Made by a program: the position numbers and the translations under genes
Shown here: positions 53,144-61,050 of the stretch, in pieces
Layout of the letters: every line of letters starts with the position of its first letter
How positions within the stretch are numbered: the stretch's first letter is position 1
The notes under the pieces: model-generated
What the model saw: only the letters and a program-made list of their open reading frames with translations
Told to the model about the DNA's origin: nothing
Databases searched by the model: none
Assembly: GCA_038212275.1 (NCBI GenBank)
Contig: JBBQUR010000023.1
Location: 1 to 64,000, forward strand
Length of the DNA: 64,000 nt
Direction: 5' to 3'
DNA from: Planctomycetota bacterium
GTDB taxonomy: Bacteria > Planctomycetota > B15-G4

Positions 53144-53590
53144 TCAGGGCCTTCGACGGAGTTCGAGCACACGCACGTCGTCGAGATCCTGCGGTCTTCC
53201 GGCGGCCCGCTTGGATGCCAGGACATCTTGAAGGCAGGCCACGAAGAACGGCTGGCCTCCGTGCACCATGGTGTCCCGACGTTCCCAGGCATCCTTGAAG
53301 TCCAACCCGGGCTTGCTGGTCATCACGTCAATTCGGATGCGGTCATTGAAGACGGTGATTTCGTGCGCCAGCAGCCTGCTGGCATCGACGAGGTCTGCGG
53401 TGCCGAGGCCCGCCTGACGCTGGGCCTTCAGCTGCCGTTCCGCATTTTCCGGAGTGGCCTCGATGAGCAGGTCGAGGTCGAACGTGGAACGCGGCACGCC
53501 ATGCAGCACGGCGGCGACGCCTCCGATGACCACGTAGCGAACATCAAGGGAGTTCAAGCACGAGAATACGGCCCGGAGCCGATTGAGCAC
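53144..53590 (-). CDS. Nucleotidyltransferase-fold protein
   Basis: VVIGGVAAVLHGVPRSTFDLDLL, IDV, SKRAAGRPQDLDD. Confidence 0.85.
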   Translation of the reverse strand: MLNRLRAVFSCLNSLDVRYVVIGGVAAVLHGVPRSTFDLDLLIEATPENAERQLKAQRQAGLGTADLVDASRLLAHEITVFNDRIRIDVMTSKPGLDFKDAWERRDTMVHGGQPFFVACLQDVLASKRAAGRPQDLDDVRVLELRRRP

Positions 53591-53747
53591 GTCCGACCTC
53601 CGCGATGTTCGGCTGGTTCGTCAGGACAAGATCCGTGAATTCGCACAGCAGTTCCATGCGTTCTTCCAGTGTCAGCGACTGGAACCAGCGCGCCTTGGCC
53701 TCGAGGCTCTCGGCATCCCGACCATGAAGGACTTGCGGCAGCATCAC
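53544..53747 (-). CDS. Small partner protein overlapping the nucleotidyltransferase
   Basis: 67 aa; KARWFQSLTLEERMELL; 47-bp overlap with the NTase. Confidence 0.65.
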   Translation of the reverse strand: MMLPQVLHGRDAESLEAKARWFQSLTLEERMELLCEFTDLVLTNQPNIAEVGRAQSAPGRILVLELP

Positions 53748-53872
53748 GGCACATTGTAGCCGCGCCGTGCCGCGAAGTGTGCAGATGGTCCGGGAGCGTG
53801 CCGCACCGGCAACACGTGGTCAGCCGTCGCCCGCGCTGTATTCTCGGCGCGCCGGCAACACGTCGGCACGTC

Positions 53873-54949
53873 GTGACCAGCACGCGCGCGGAGCGGGCGA
53901 ATGGCCTCGCCGTCTTTCCGGTGCTGACGGCGCTCTGCGTCCTGTCGCTGCTCGGCGGGCTCGTGTACCCGGGACTGTTCCTCGTGCTCGCGATCGCCGT
54001 GGTGGTCGGACTGATGCAGCGGGCGCAGATGGGCGGGGAATTCGTCGCGGTGATGGGCCCGTTCCGGAGCCTCGGCTACCTGCTCGGGACGGCCGACCGG
54101 CTGGCCCGCTGCGGTGTCGAGACGATCGCGATCCGGCGCATCAGGCGGCAGCAGGCCGAGTTGCACGCTCTGGCGGAGAAACTCGGCGGCCTTGAGGCGG
54201 CGCTCTCCATCGCCTCGTTGCGCGCCGGGACGGACGTGTGGACGCGGCCCGAGTTCACCGCCGGTGCAGAGTGGCTCGCGGAAGACCTGTCGCACCCGCT
54301 CGTGCCCGGCTGCGTGACCAACTCGCTGCGGCTGAGCCCGTCGCGCGGCATGCTGCTCACCGGCGCGAACATGACGGGCAAGTCCACGCTGCTGCGCAGT
54401 GTCGGCGTGAACGTGATCGCGGCGCAGAGCCTGTGCGTGGTGTTCGCCCGCTCGTACCGCGCGCCGTGGCTCGCGCTGCGCACCTGCATCAGCCCGTCGG
54501 ACGATCTGCTGGAAGGCAAGAGCCTCTACCAGCGCGAGGCCGAGGTCGTCGTCGCGATCCTTGCGCAGGCAGCGCAGGCCGCCCACGCCGGCCCGATGCT
54601 GTGCCTGTTCGACGAGATGTTCCGCGGCACCAACACGACGGACCGCGTGGCGGCGAGTGCGGCCGTTCTGCGGCATCTCGTACGACCCTCATCCGGAGCG
54701 AACGAGGGCGCCGGCTGCCTCGTCATCGCGGCCACGCACGACCTGGAACTCGTCCCGCTCCTGGCCGACGTCTTTGAAGCCTTTCACATGGGCGACCGCA
54801 TGGATGCCAGCGGGCCCTCGTTCGACTATCGCTTGCACGCCGGGCCGACCACGTCGCACAACGCCATCTCGCTGCTGGCGTTCCTCGGCGCCCCGCCAGC
54901 CGTCATCGAGACGGCGCGAGCGACGGCCGAGGCTCAATCGCCGCGCTGA
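53873..54949 (+). CDS. MutS domain-V ATPase with N-terminal TM segments, probably truncated
   Basis: LTGANMTGKSTLLR, SLYQRE, FDEMFRGTN, ATHDLEL, FDYRL; no mismatch-binding domain; start uncertain. Confidence 0.75.
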   Translation: MTSTRAERANGLAVFPVLTALCVLSLLGGLVYPGLFLVLAIAVVVGLMQRAQMGGEFVAVMGPFRSLGYLLGTADRLARCGVETIAIRRIRRQQAELHALAEKLGGLEAALSIASLRAGTDVWTRPEFTAGAEWLAEDLSHPLVPGCVTNSLRLSPSRGMLLTGANMTGKSTLLRSVGVNVIAAQSLCVVFARSYRAPWLALRTCISPSDDLLEGKSLYQREAEVVVAILAQAAQAAHAGPMLCLFDEMFRGTNTTDRVAASAAVLRHLVRPSSGANEGAGCLVIAATHDLELVPLLADVFEAFHMGDRMDASGPSFDYRLHAGPTTSHNAISLLAFLGAPPAVIETARATAEAQSPR

Positions 54950-55319
54950 TCACGAGACTCCCGACGGTCTCGTCGACAGCCTCACGGCGGACGCTCCGCC
55001 CGATCCGCGTGCAGTTTGTACAGATGCTCTGCCGCAAAGCGCCGCTGGCTTGCCGCCGGCGTGCGTGACTGATTCAGCGCCTGCCTGATGGCAGCAGGCG
55101 GACAGGCATCGGCTGGCCGTGGCGGCGAGCCAGGGTCCGAGCGGTCTTGCGGGCCTGACGGTTCCGATCGGCGGCCGGATGGTGCGTGAGCCGCACGCCA
55201 TCCATGCGGAGCGTGAGCGCACGGCGGTCGACGCGCGCCTCCTGCCAAGGGCGATCCGGATGCGAGGTCGAGGCGCGGGCCGCATTCGATGCACTCCGCC
55301 CGTGCTTCCAGACTTCGAG

Positions 55320-55525
55320 GCCGATGTTCGCGGCCGGGTTCCTGGGAGCTGCCTGCTTGCTGATCTTCGCTGTGCGCTTGCTCGTCCCCTGCTTGCCGGC
55401 CGGCTTTCTGCCTCCGCCTTTTCTGGTGCTGGTGGGCTGCTTCGTGGGCTTCTTCCCGCGTGCCGCCTTGCGCACTGCAGGCCGACTCTTCGTCGCCGCC
55501 TTCCGGGCTGCCGGCCGATCTCATG
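55320..55525 (-). pseudogene. Lys/Ala-rich leader ending ANIGLE, possible remnant of a type I R-M HsdM N-terminus
   Basis: Frame AARKAATKS...RNPAANIGLE is out of frame with ATG 55525 and loses coding character after ANIGLE. Confidence 0.3.
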
Positions 55526-55545
55526 AGCAACTCGCGTGCCGGTGA

Positions 55546-55746
55546 TCAGGCAGCGGCGATCTGCTCATGCGAGAACTGGGGAATGCCGGCGCGGGTCGAC
55601 GCATGCTCGACGGTGATGGAGCAGACTTCACCCCGTGCATCGACATCGAGCAGCGTGTTCTCGTCGAGGTCCCGCGTTTCCGCGACGGGCGCATCGCGAA
55701 ACTCGAAGTGCAAGGTGTCGGTGTCGCTGAAGTACGTGATCTTCAT
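55546..55746 (-). CDS. DUF2283 family small protein (antitoxin-like), orphan
   Basis: MKITYFSDTDTLHFEF...ETRDLDENTLLDVDARG...ITVEHAS. Confidence 0.85.
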   Translation of the reverse strand: MKITYFSDTDTLHFEFRDAPVAETRDLDENTLLDVDARGEVCSITVEHASTRAGIPQFSHEQIAAA

Positions 55747-55765
55747 GGCTTGCGCGCCGCACGCT

Positions 55766-55885
55766 TCACGCCGAAAGCACGCCCTGCGAGGACATCAGCG
55801 CCAGCGCCAGCACCGTCGCGACGAGCGTGCACACGAAGCAGAAGCTGAAGCGGGGCAGCGAACGCGTGGACGGAAGCCTGATCAT
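55766..55885 (-). CDS. 39-aa peptide with CxxC and a hydrophobic stretch
   Basis: GAGGAG RBS overlapping the radical SAM stop, 7 nt before ATG 55885; MIRLPSTRSLPRFSFCFVCTLVATVLALALMSSQGVLSA. Confidence 0.55.
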   Translation of the reverse strand: MIRLPSTRSLPRFSFCFVCTLVATVLALALMSSQGVLSA

Positions 55886-55896
55886 CGCGGCACTCC

Positions 55897-57453
55897 TCAG
55901 ATGTACTTGCTCACCGGGCCCATGGAGCGGCGCACGACGTCGAAGGCCTGGAACTCCACCGGCGCCTTCCACAGGCGGTTGCGGAGGCGCACGCCGGCGG
56001 ACTTGCGCAGCAGGCGCGAGACCGGGCCCTTGCCGCCCGCGATGCCGTCGAACCACGGAGCCATCTGCGTGAAACGCGCCCAGACCTGCTGCACCTCGGC
56101 GGGCACCACGCCCCACCACGAGTTGAACTTGTAGTCGAAGAAGCGGCCCCACTCCTCAAAGCTCGTCGGCACCGGGTAGTGGTTCTGCTCCACCGACGGC
56201 TGCCAGAACTCGCTGCCCGGAATCGGGCGGTACGGGAAGACCTCCACCGAGCAGCTCGGGTAGCGCGTCTTCATGTCCGCCGCTTCGTAGATCGTCTCGT
56301 ACATCGACTCCACGGTCTCGCCCGGGTAGCCGATGATGTAGGTGAGTCCCGACTTGATGTCGAGCTCGTGCATCTTGCGCATGGCCTCGTTGGTCTGGCC
56401 CGACTTGATGCCCTTGCGCATGAGCTTGTGCGTCTCTTCCGACGCGGCCTCGGCGCCGAACCACATGAGGTGGTTGCCGCTGCGCTTCATGAGCTTCAGC
56501 GTCTCGTCGTCGTACTGGCAGATCTGCTTGATCTCGATCGTGCCGTTCCAGTTGATGTTCAGGCCCTTGCGCAGCAGACCCTCGCAGAAGTCCTGCATGC
56601 GCTTCTTGCTCACGCCGAAGTTCGCGTCCTGGAAGCGCAGCACGTCGAAGGGGTCCTTCTTGTGGATGACCGCGAGGCGGTCCACGAGAACGTCCGCGTC
56701 CAGCGCCACCCAGCGGCGGCCGGCGATCTCGGGGCTGCAGCAGAAGCTGCAGGGCTCCGGGCAGCCGAAGCTGCTGAAGTAGGAGAAGCCGCGGAAGGCC
56801 TTGTTCGCCAGGTGATGCGGCGGCGGGAGCCGGTTGCGCACACGGTTGCCGAACTTCGCCGCGCGCTTCTGCAGGTCGTAGTACTTCTGCAGCTCGATGA
56901 GGTGGAAGCTCGGCTCGGGCAGCTCGTTGAGGTGCAGCGTCGCCCGGTGCGCCGTGTGCACCAGCTCGCCGTCATGCTTGAGCGCCAGGCCGGCGATCTT
57001 CTCCAGTTCGGCGTGCCCGCCGCCGGAGCGCCAGCATTCCAGCACCTCGGCAAAGGCGATCTCGCCCTGCCCGATGACGATCGCGTCGCAGATGTCGCTG
57101 TTGAGGTACAGCTCCGGAAGCGCGCTCGGGAACCAGCCGCCCCAGAGCATCTTGATCTTCGGGAAGCGCTGGCGGACGGCCTGCCCGACGCGCGCGCCAT
57201 CCCACACCTGGAAGCCCAGGATGCACGAGCTGGCGAAGACCATCGCGCCTTCGCACGCCGCCAGCGTCTGCTCGATGTAGTCGGGCTCGGTCATCGCGTC
57301 GATGAGCACGACGTCCCAGCCTGCGGCCTCCGCCGTGGGCGCGATGTGCAGCAGTTCGAGCGGCAGCAGGTCCGCCGACGGCAGGTCCCCGATGGCCGGG
57401 TCCACGCGCGACGGCAGGAACAGCACGACTTTGGGCTTCACGGTGGTGGTCAT
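55897..57453 (-). CDS. Cobalamin-binding radical SAM enzyme
   Basis: N-terminal B12-binding-like domain (WGGWFPS, IVIGQGE); GCPEPCSFC (CxxxCxxC); FQDANF, GAEAAS, IIGYPGET, PIPGS. Confidence 0.93.
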   Translation of the reverse strand: MTTTVKPKVVLFLPSRVDPAIGDLPSADLLPLELLHIAPTAEAAGWDVVLIDAMTEPDYIEQTLAACEGAMVFASSCILGFQVWDGARVGQAVRQRFPKIKMLWGGWFPSALPELYLNSDICDAIVIGQGEIAFAEVLECWRSGGGHAELEKIAGLALKHDGELVHTAHRATLHLNELPEPSFHLIELQKYYDLQKRAAKFGNRVRNRLPPPHHLANKAFRGFSYFSSFGCPEPCSFCCSPEIAGRRWVALDADVLVDRLAVIHKKDPFDVLRFQDANFGVSKKRMQDFCEGLLRKGLNINWNGTIEIKQICQYDDETLKLMKRSGNHLMWFGAEAASEETHKLMRKGIKSGQTNEAMRKMHELDIKSGLTYIIGYPGETVESMYETIYEAADMKTRYPSCSVEVFPYRPIPGSEFWQPSVEQNHYPVPTSFEEWGRFFDYKFNSWWGVVPAEVQQVWARFTQMAPWFDGIAGGKGPVSRLLRKSAGVRLRNRLWKAPVEFQAFDVVRRSMGPVSKYI

Positions 57454-57502
57454 CGGTGCGTCAACGCCTCGGGGCTTCTGTGTTTGGCTGTTCGTTCGTT
57501 CG

Positions 57503-57751
57503 TCAGGTCAGCACTGGCGGCTTGTTGCCTGTCAGGATCGCGCGCACTTCACCCGCCTCCGGAAAACGGCCTGCACCGAGCTTGCTGAAGACGAGCACGT
57601 CGTTCTTCTTCACCTCGAAGCAACCTCCATCGGACGGGATCAGCACCAGGTTCGAAATCTCGCGCTTGTGGGCCTTGATCAACTCTTCGGTCAGGCTCAC
57701 GGCCTGAGGTTCGTAGTTTCACTTGGCGCAGTAACGGATCTCGATCTTCAT
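57503..57751 (-). CDS. SelT/SelW/SelH (Rdx) family selenoprotein, Sec at codon 11
   Basis: ATG 57751 gives MKIEIRYCAK-TGA(57719-57721)-NYEPQAVSL...SDGGCFEV...FSK...RFPE: CxxU plus Rdx motifs in one frame. Confidence 0.93.
57681..57718 (-). promoter_or_regulatory. Bacterial SECIS-like hairpin
   Basis: 11 nt after UGA: stem UCAGGC/GCCUGA with loop CGUGA; lower pairing AACU/AGUU. Confidence 0.75.
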
Positions 57752-58051
57752 GCTCTTTCCACTCACAAGTCGGAACAGCCCGGCGAACAGCAGAGGATAA
57801 GGCCATGGCGACCAATGCGCCAATGGTGGTCGATTTGGAGTGCCGGCATCGTGGCCATCTTCGGCTGCACGACCGGGCCGACTGGACGTCGCCGGAGGGA
57901 CCTCGCCGAGCGGGACCGCGGCTCACGCGTCAAGCGACCCAGCGCTCGTCTCGGCGTGCGGCCGCCCGACCAGGCTCGCGCTCGGCGCGCATGTCGCCGC
58001 TGCTGTGACGGGGCCGGCCAGCCGAGCCGCCGCGGGGCGCGGCGGCTCGAT

Positions 58052-58540
58052 TCAGGCCTTGCCCAGCATGTCCTTCGGCACGGGAACGACGAGCACCGGC
58101 ACCGGGCTCGCGCCCAGCAGGCCGCCCGCCACCGAGCCCATGACCAATCGCGCCAGTCCGCGCCGGCCGTGCGAGGCCACGCACATCAGGTCGGCCTTCA
58201 AGGTCACGGCCCGCTCGCAGAGGCAGGGCACGACGTCGTGGCTGAAGTCCTCCACCACGTGCACGTGGACGGTGATGCCGGCAGGCACGTCGGCCTCGTT
58301 GAGCAGCGCGCGGATGTGCGCCGCGGCCTCCTTGCGCAGTTCCGCGCGCTCCTCGTCGGTCGGCGGCTGGGGCCCGTAATGCGCATACATCGGGTTCACG
58401 TTCGGCGGGAACTCCAGAACGTGCACCACGTGCGCCGTGCCGTTGCCGCCCAGCGCGCGCCACGCATGCTGCAGGGCCACCCCGGCGCGGGGCGAGAGGT
58501 CGGTCGGCACGAGGACCGTCGCGTAATGCCTTGCGTCCAT
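58052..58540 (-). CDS. Universal stress protein
   Basis: VLVPTDLS, VVHV, ASHGRRGLARLVMGSVA, PVPVLVV. Confidence 0.93.
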   Translation of the reverse strand: MDARHYATVLVPTDLSPRAGVALQHAWRALGGNGTAHVVHVLEFPPNVNPMYAHYGPQPPTDEERAELRKEAAAHIRALLNEADVPAGITVHVHVVEDFSHDVVPCLCERAVTLKADLMCVASHGRRGLARLVMGSVAGGLLGASPVPVLVVPVPKDMLGKA

Positions 58541-58628
58541 CACCGGGCTCCGTCTGCTGGGAGGCCCCAGCATCCGGCGCGCGGTGCGTCCCGGTCAATG
58601 CTCAGCGGTGGCGCAGCGCGCACTTCGC

Positions 58629-60749
58629 TCAGGGGACGTCGCCGCGCAGCAGGTTGCTCAGCGCAACGCCCTTCGGCGCGGCCGCGTCGGCGATGGCCGC
58701 CTGGAAGTGGACCTGGAAGCCGAGACCGTTCGCTCCGGCCGGCATCACCCCCGGAAGGGAGAGCGTGCCCGCAGACCCGGTGGCCAGCGTGACCGGGAAG
58801 CCGGCGAGCCATGGGAACGCGGCGAGCTGCCCGCCCTTGAACGGCACCGGCGACGAACTCAGGGAGAGAAAGAGCAGCAGCGTGGACGACGGCGCCGCAT
58901 CCGCGACGTCGAGCGCGAGCGGCTGGCCACCGAGCAGCGTGCCGGTTCCCGACAGGTGCGGCACCCCCGCGACGCCGGCCAGGCCGAAGCCCAGCTCGGT
59001 CCACGGCGTCGGCGCGTCGCCCTGCACGAACGACTGTGGCGCGCTGACGACGAAGTTCCCCGCGAGGTCACTCACCTCGACGTGCCACGTGATGAGAGCG
59101 TCAATCTGCGCCGGGATCACGCTGCGGTACTGGAAGCTGCCCTGCGCGAACATCGGCACGCTGACGGGCGCGGCATCGTTCACCGCGTAGAAGAGCGTGG
59201 CCGAATAAAACAGGCCCAGCGTGAAGTTGCTGTTGTCGCGCACCTGGACGTGGAGGACGGTGGGCGTGCCATTCGGTTTGGCCAGCTGCTGCGTGATTCT
59301 GTAAATGGTCGGCGCATGCGTGTCGGGGACGCCGAGCACGTTGCTGAAGAGGAAGTTCTGCTGGTTGCCGTCGTTCGAGAGCAGCAGGTCCTCGTCGCCG
59401 TCGTTGTCCATGTCCGCCACGTCGCCATCGAGCGTGGTGCCGCCGTTGCTGGTCAGCGGCAGCTCGGGATCGGGCGAGAGGCCCGACACCAGGCCGGTAC
59501 GGTGGTAGAGGCCGACGGCATTCACGTCGAGGCCCTGGGCCAGCGCGCTCTGGTAGGCGTAGTTGGTGCCGCCGAAATTGGGGAGGAAGGCGTCGAGGTC
59601 GCCGTCCGCGTCGTAGTCGATGAAGGTGACGTGCTCCTCGTCGGTGTTCGGATCGCCCTTGATCCAGGTCTGGATCTCGGTGAACGAATAGGTCCCGCCT
59701 GCAACACCGTCGTTGCGCAGGAGCTTCTCCGTGTTGCCGTCGTAGTTGTTCATCCAGAGGTCGAAGTCGCCGTCGCCGTCGACGTCCGCAGCCTCGACTT
59801 CGTAGTTGACGGTGGCGCTGCCGGTGGCGCCCTTGTCGATGAAGGCTGCCTTCGTGATGTCGTTGAACAGCGTGGCGCCGAGGCCGTTGACGCTGTTGTT
59901 CATGTAGGTCCGCGCCTGGCTGTTGCGGCTGGACATCGCGATGTCGATGTCGAAGTCGCCGTCGAGATCGACGAGATCGAGGTCGTAGGTGTGCGTCTTG
60001 ATGTCCGCGGCCGGATCGACCCACGGGTACTTCTCGTCGAAGATGCCGTTGCCGTCGTTGAGGAAGATCAGCGAGTCGCGCGTGCCGTTCACTGCTGGGC
60101 CGTAGGTGCCGTAGAACAGGTCGTTGTCGCCGTCGTCGTCGAGGTCCGCGAAGTCGCAATCGCAGCAGAAACCTCGGAACGGCCCATGGTTGCCACCGAC
60201 GACCTGATCGGCGAGCGGGATGGAGACGAGATTCCCCCAGCGCAGGTCGGTGTCCTCCTGGTAGTAGCCGACCTCGCCGCGTTGCAGGCCGCCCTTGTTC
60301 GTGTAGAAGCGACTGGGCGACCCGCCTTGGAAGCTATTGCCGTCATTGCCGACGCCCACGTCGAAATCGCCGTCGTCGTCGAAGTCCACGAACTCGATGT
60401 CGCGAGACCTGTCGATGGCCACGCCTGCGAAGCGCGCCGCCGTCTGCTCGTTGAACGTGCCGATCGCTCCGCCCTGCAAGCCGCCCAGATTGATGAAGAT
60501 CCGGTTCTGTTCGTTCCCGAAGTCGCCGCCATTGGCCACGATCGCATCCATGTCACCGTCGTTGTCCACGTCGCCCGGCGCGATGTTCTCGGATCGGTTC
60601 ATCCCGAAGTTGGCGGCGCTCGTGAAGTTCCGCCCCGGCTGCAGATCGGACAGCGACTGCGCGCCGGCGGCGCCCGTCGCGCACAGGAGCAGGGCGACGG
60701 AGGCGAGGCACTTCGAGAACGAGCAGACGGTCGAAGGATTCATGGTCAT
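58629..60749 (-). CDS. Secreted FG-GAP/VCBS-repeat beta-propeller with conserved C-terminal domain
   Basis: Seven D.D.DGD.D loops; signal peptide; C-terminal WTELGFGLAGVAGVPHLSGTG...PFKGG...QAAIADAAAPKGVALSN. Confidence 0.9.
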   Translation of the reverse strand: MTMNPSTVCSFSKCLASVALLLCATGAAGAQSLSDLQPGRNFTSAANFGMNRSENIAPGDVDNDGDMDAIVANGGDFGNEQNRIFINLGGLQGGAIGTFNEQTAARFAGVAIDRSRDIEFVDFDDDGDFDVGVGNDGNSFQGGSPSRFYTNKGGLQRGEVGYYQEDTDLRWGNLVSIPLADQVVGGNHGPFRGFCCDCDFADLDDDGDNDLFYGTYGPAVNGTRDSLIFLNDGNGIFDEKYPWVDPAADIKTHTYDLDLVDLDGDFDIDIAMSSRNSQARTYMNNSVNGLGATLFNDITKAAFIDKGATGSATVNYEVEAADVDGDGDFDLWMNNYDGNTEKLLRNDGVAGGTYSFTEIQTWIKGDPNTDEEHVTFIDYDADGDLDAFLPNFGGTNYAYQSALAQGLDVNAVGLYHRTGLVSGLSPDPELPLTSNGGTTLDGDVADMDNDGDEDLLLSNDGNQQNFLFSNVLGVPDTHAPTIYRITQQLAKPNGTPTVLHVQVRDNSNFTLGLFYSATLFYAVNDAAPVSVPMFAQGSFQYRSVIPAQIDALITWHVEVSDLAGNFVVSAPQSFVQGDAPTPWTELGFGLAGVAGVPHLSGTGTLLGGQPLALDVADAAPSSTLLLFLSLSSSPVPFKGGQLAAFPWLAGFPVTLATGSAGTLSLPGVMPAGANGLGFQVHFQAAIADAAAPKGVALSNLLRGDVP

Positions 60750-60938
60750 CACGAGCGCTCCCGAGCCGACTTCCCGAAACCTGCCTGCGGCGCCGGACGC
60801 GGCAGTCTGCGGCAGAAGCAGGCACCGCTCAACTTCGTGCATAGTCGCCGGATATGCAAGTGCCGTCTGGACAGAGGCCCCCCGGCGCGCGTCCGCTTCG
60901 GGAGCATGTCCCGGGCGCAGCCACAGTCCGCGGGCCAT

Positions 60939-61030
60939 GCGCGCGCACTCGGCGCGCAGTTGGCGCGCAGTTGGCGCGCAGGCACACGCAGGCACACGCA
61001 GGTCGCACGCAGATCGCACGCAGGTCGCGC
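60939..61030. repeat. Degenerate 10-11 bp tandem repeat tract downstream of ligA
   Basis: ggcgcgcagtt x2-3, ggcacacgca x2, g(g/a)tcgcacgca x2-3. Confidence 0.75.
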
Positions 61031-61050
61031 GAAGGCCGCACGCCGCCTTC

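Noticed and set aside
53873..54949. MutS-like gene as the cause of the repeat expansions
   Set aside because: It is a domain-V-only, membrane-associated type rather than mismatch-repair MutS1, so no causal link can be drawn.
57503..57700. 65-aa ORF-track call, or a pseudogene reading of the Rdx gene
   Set aside because: The upstream in-frame CxxU, the ATG and the SECIS-like hairpin favour Sec readthrough.
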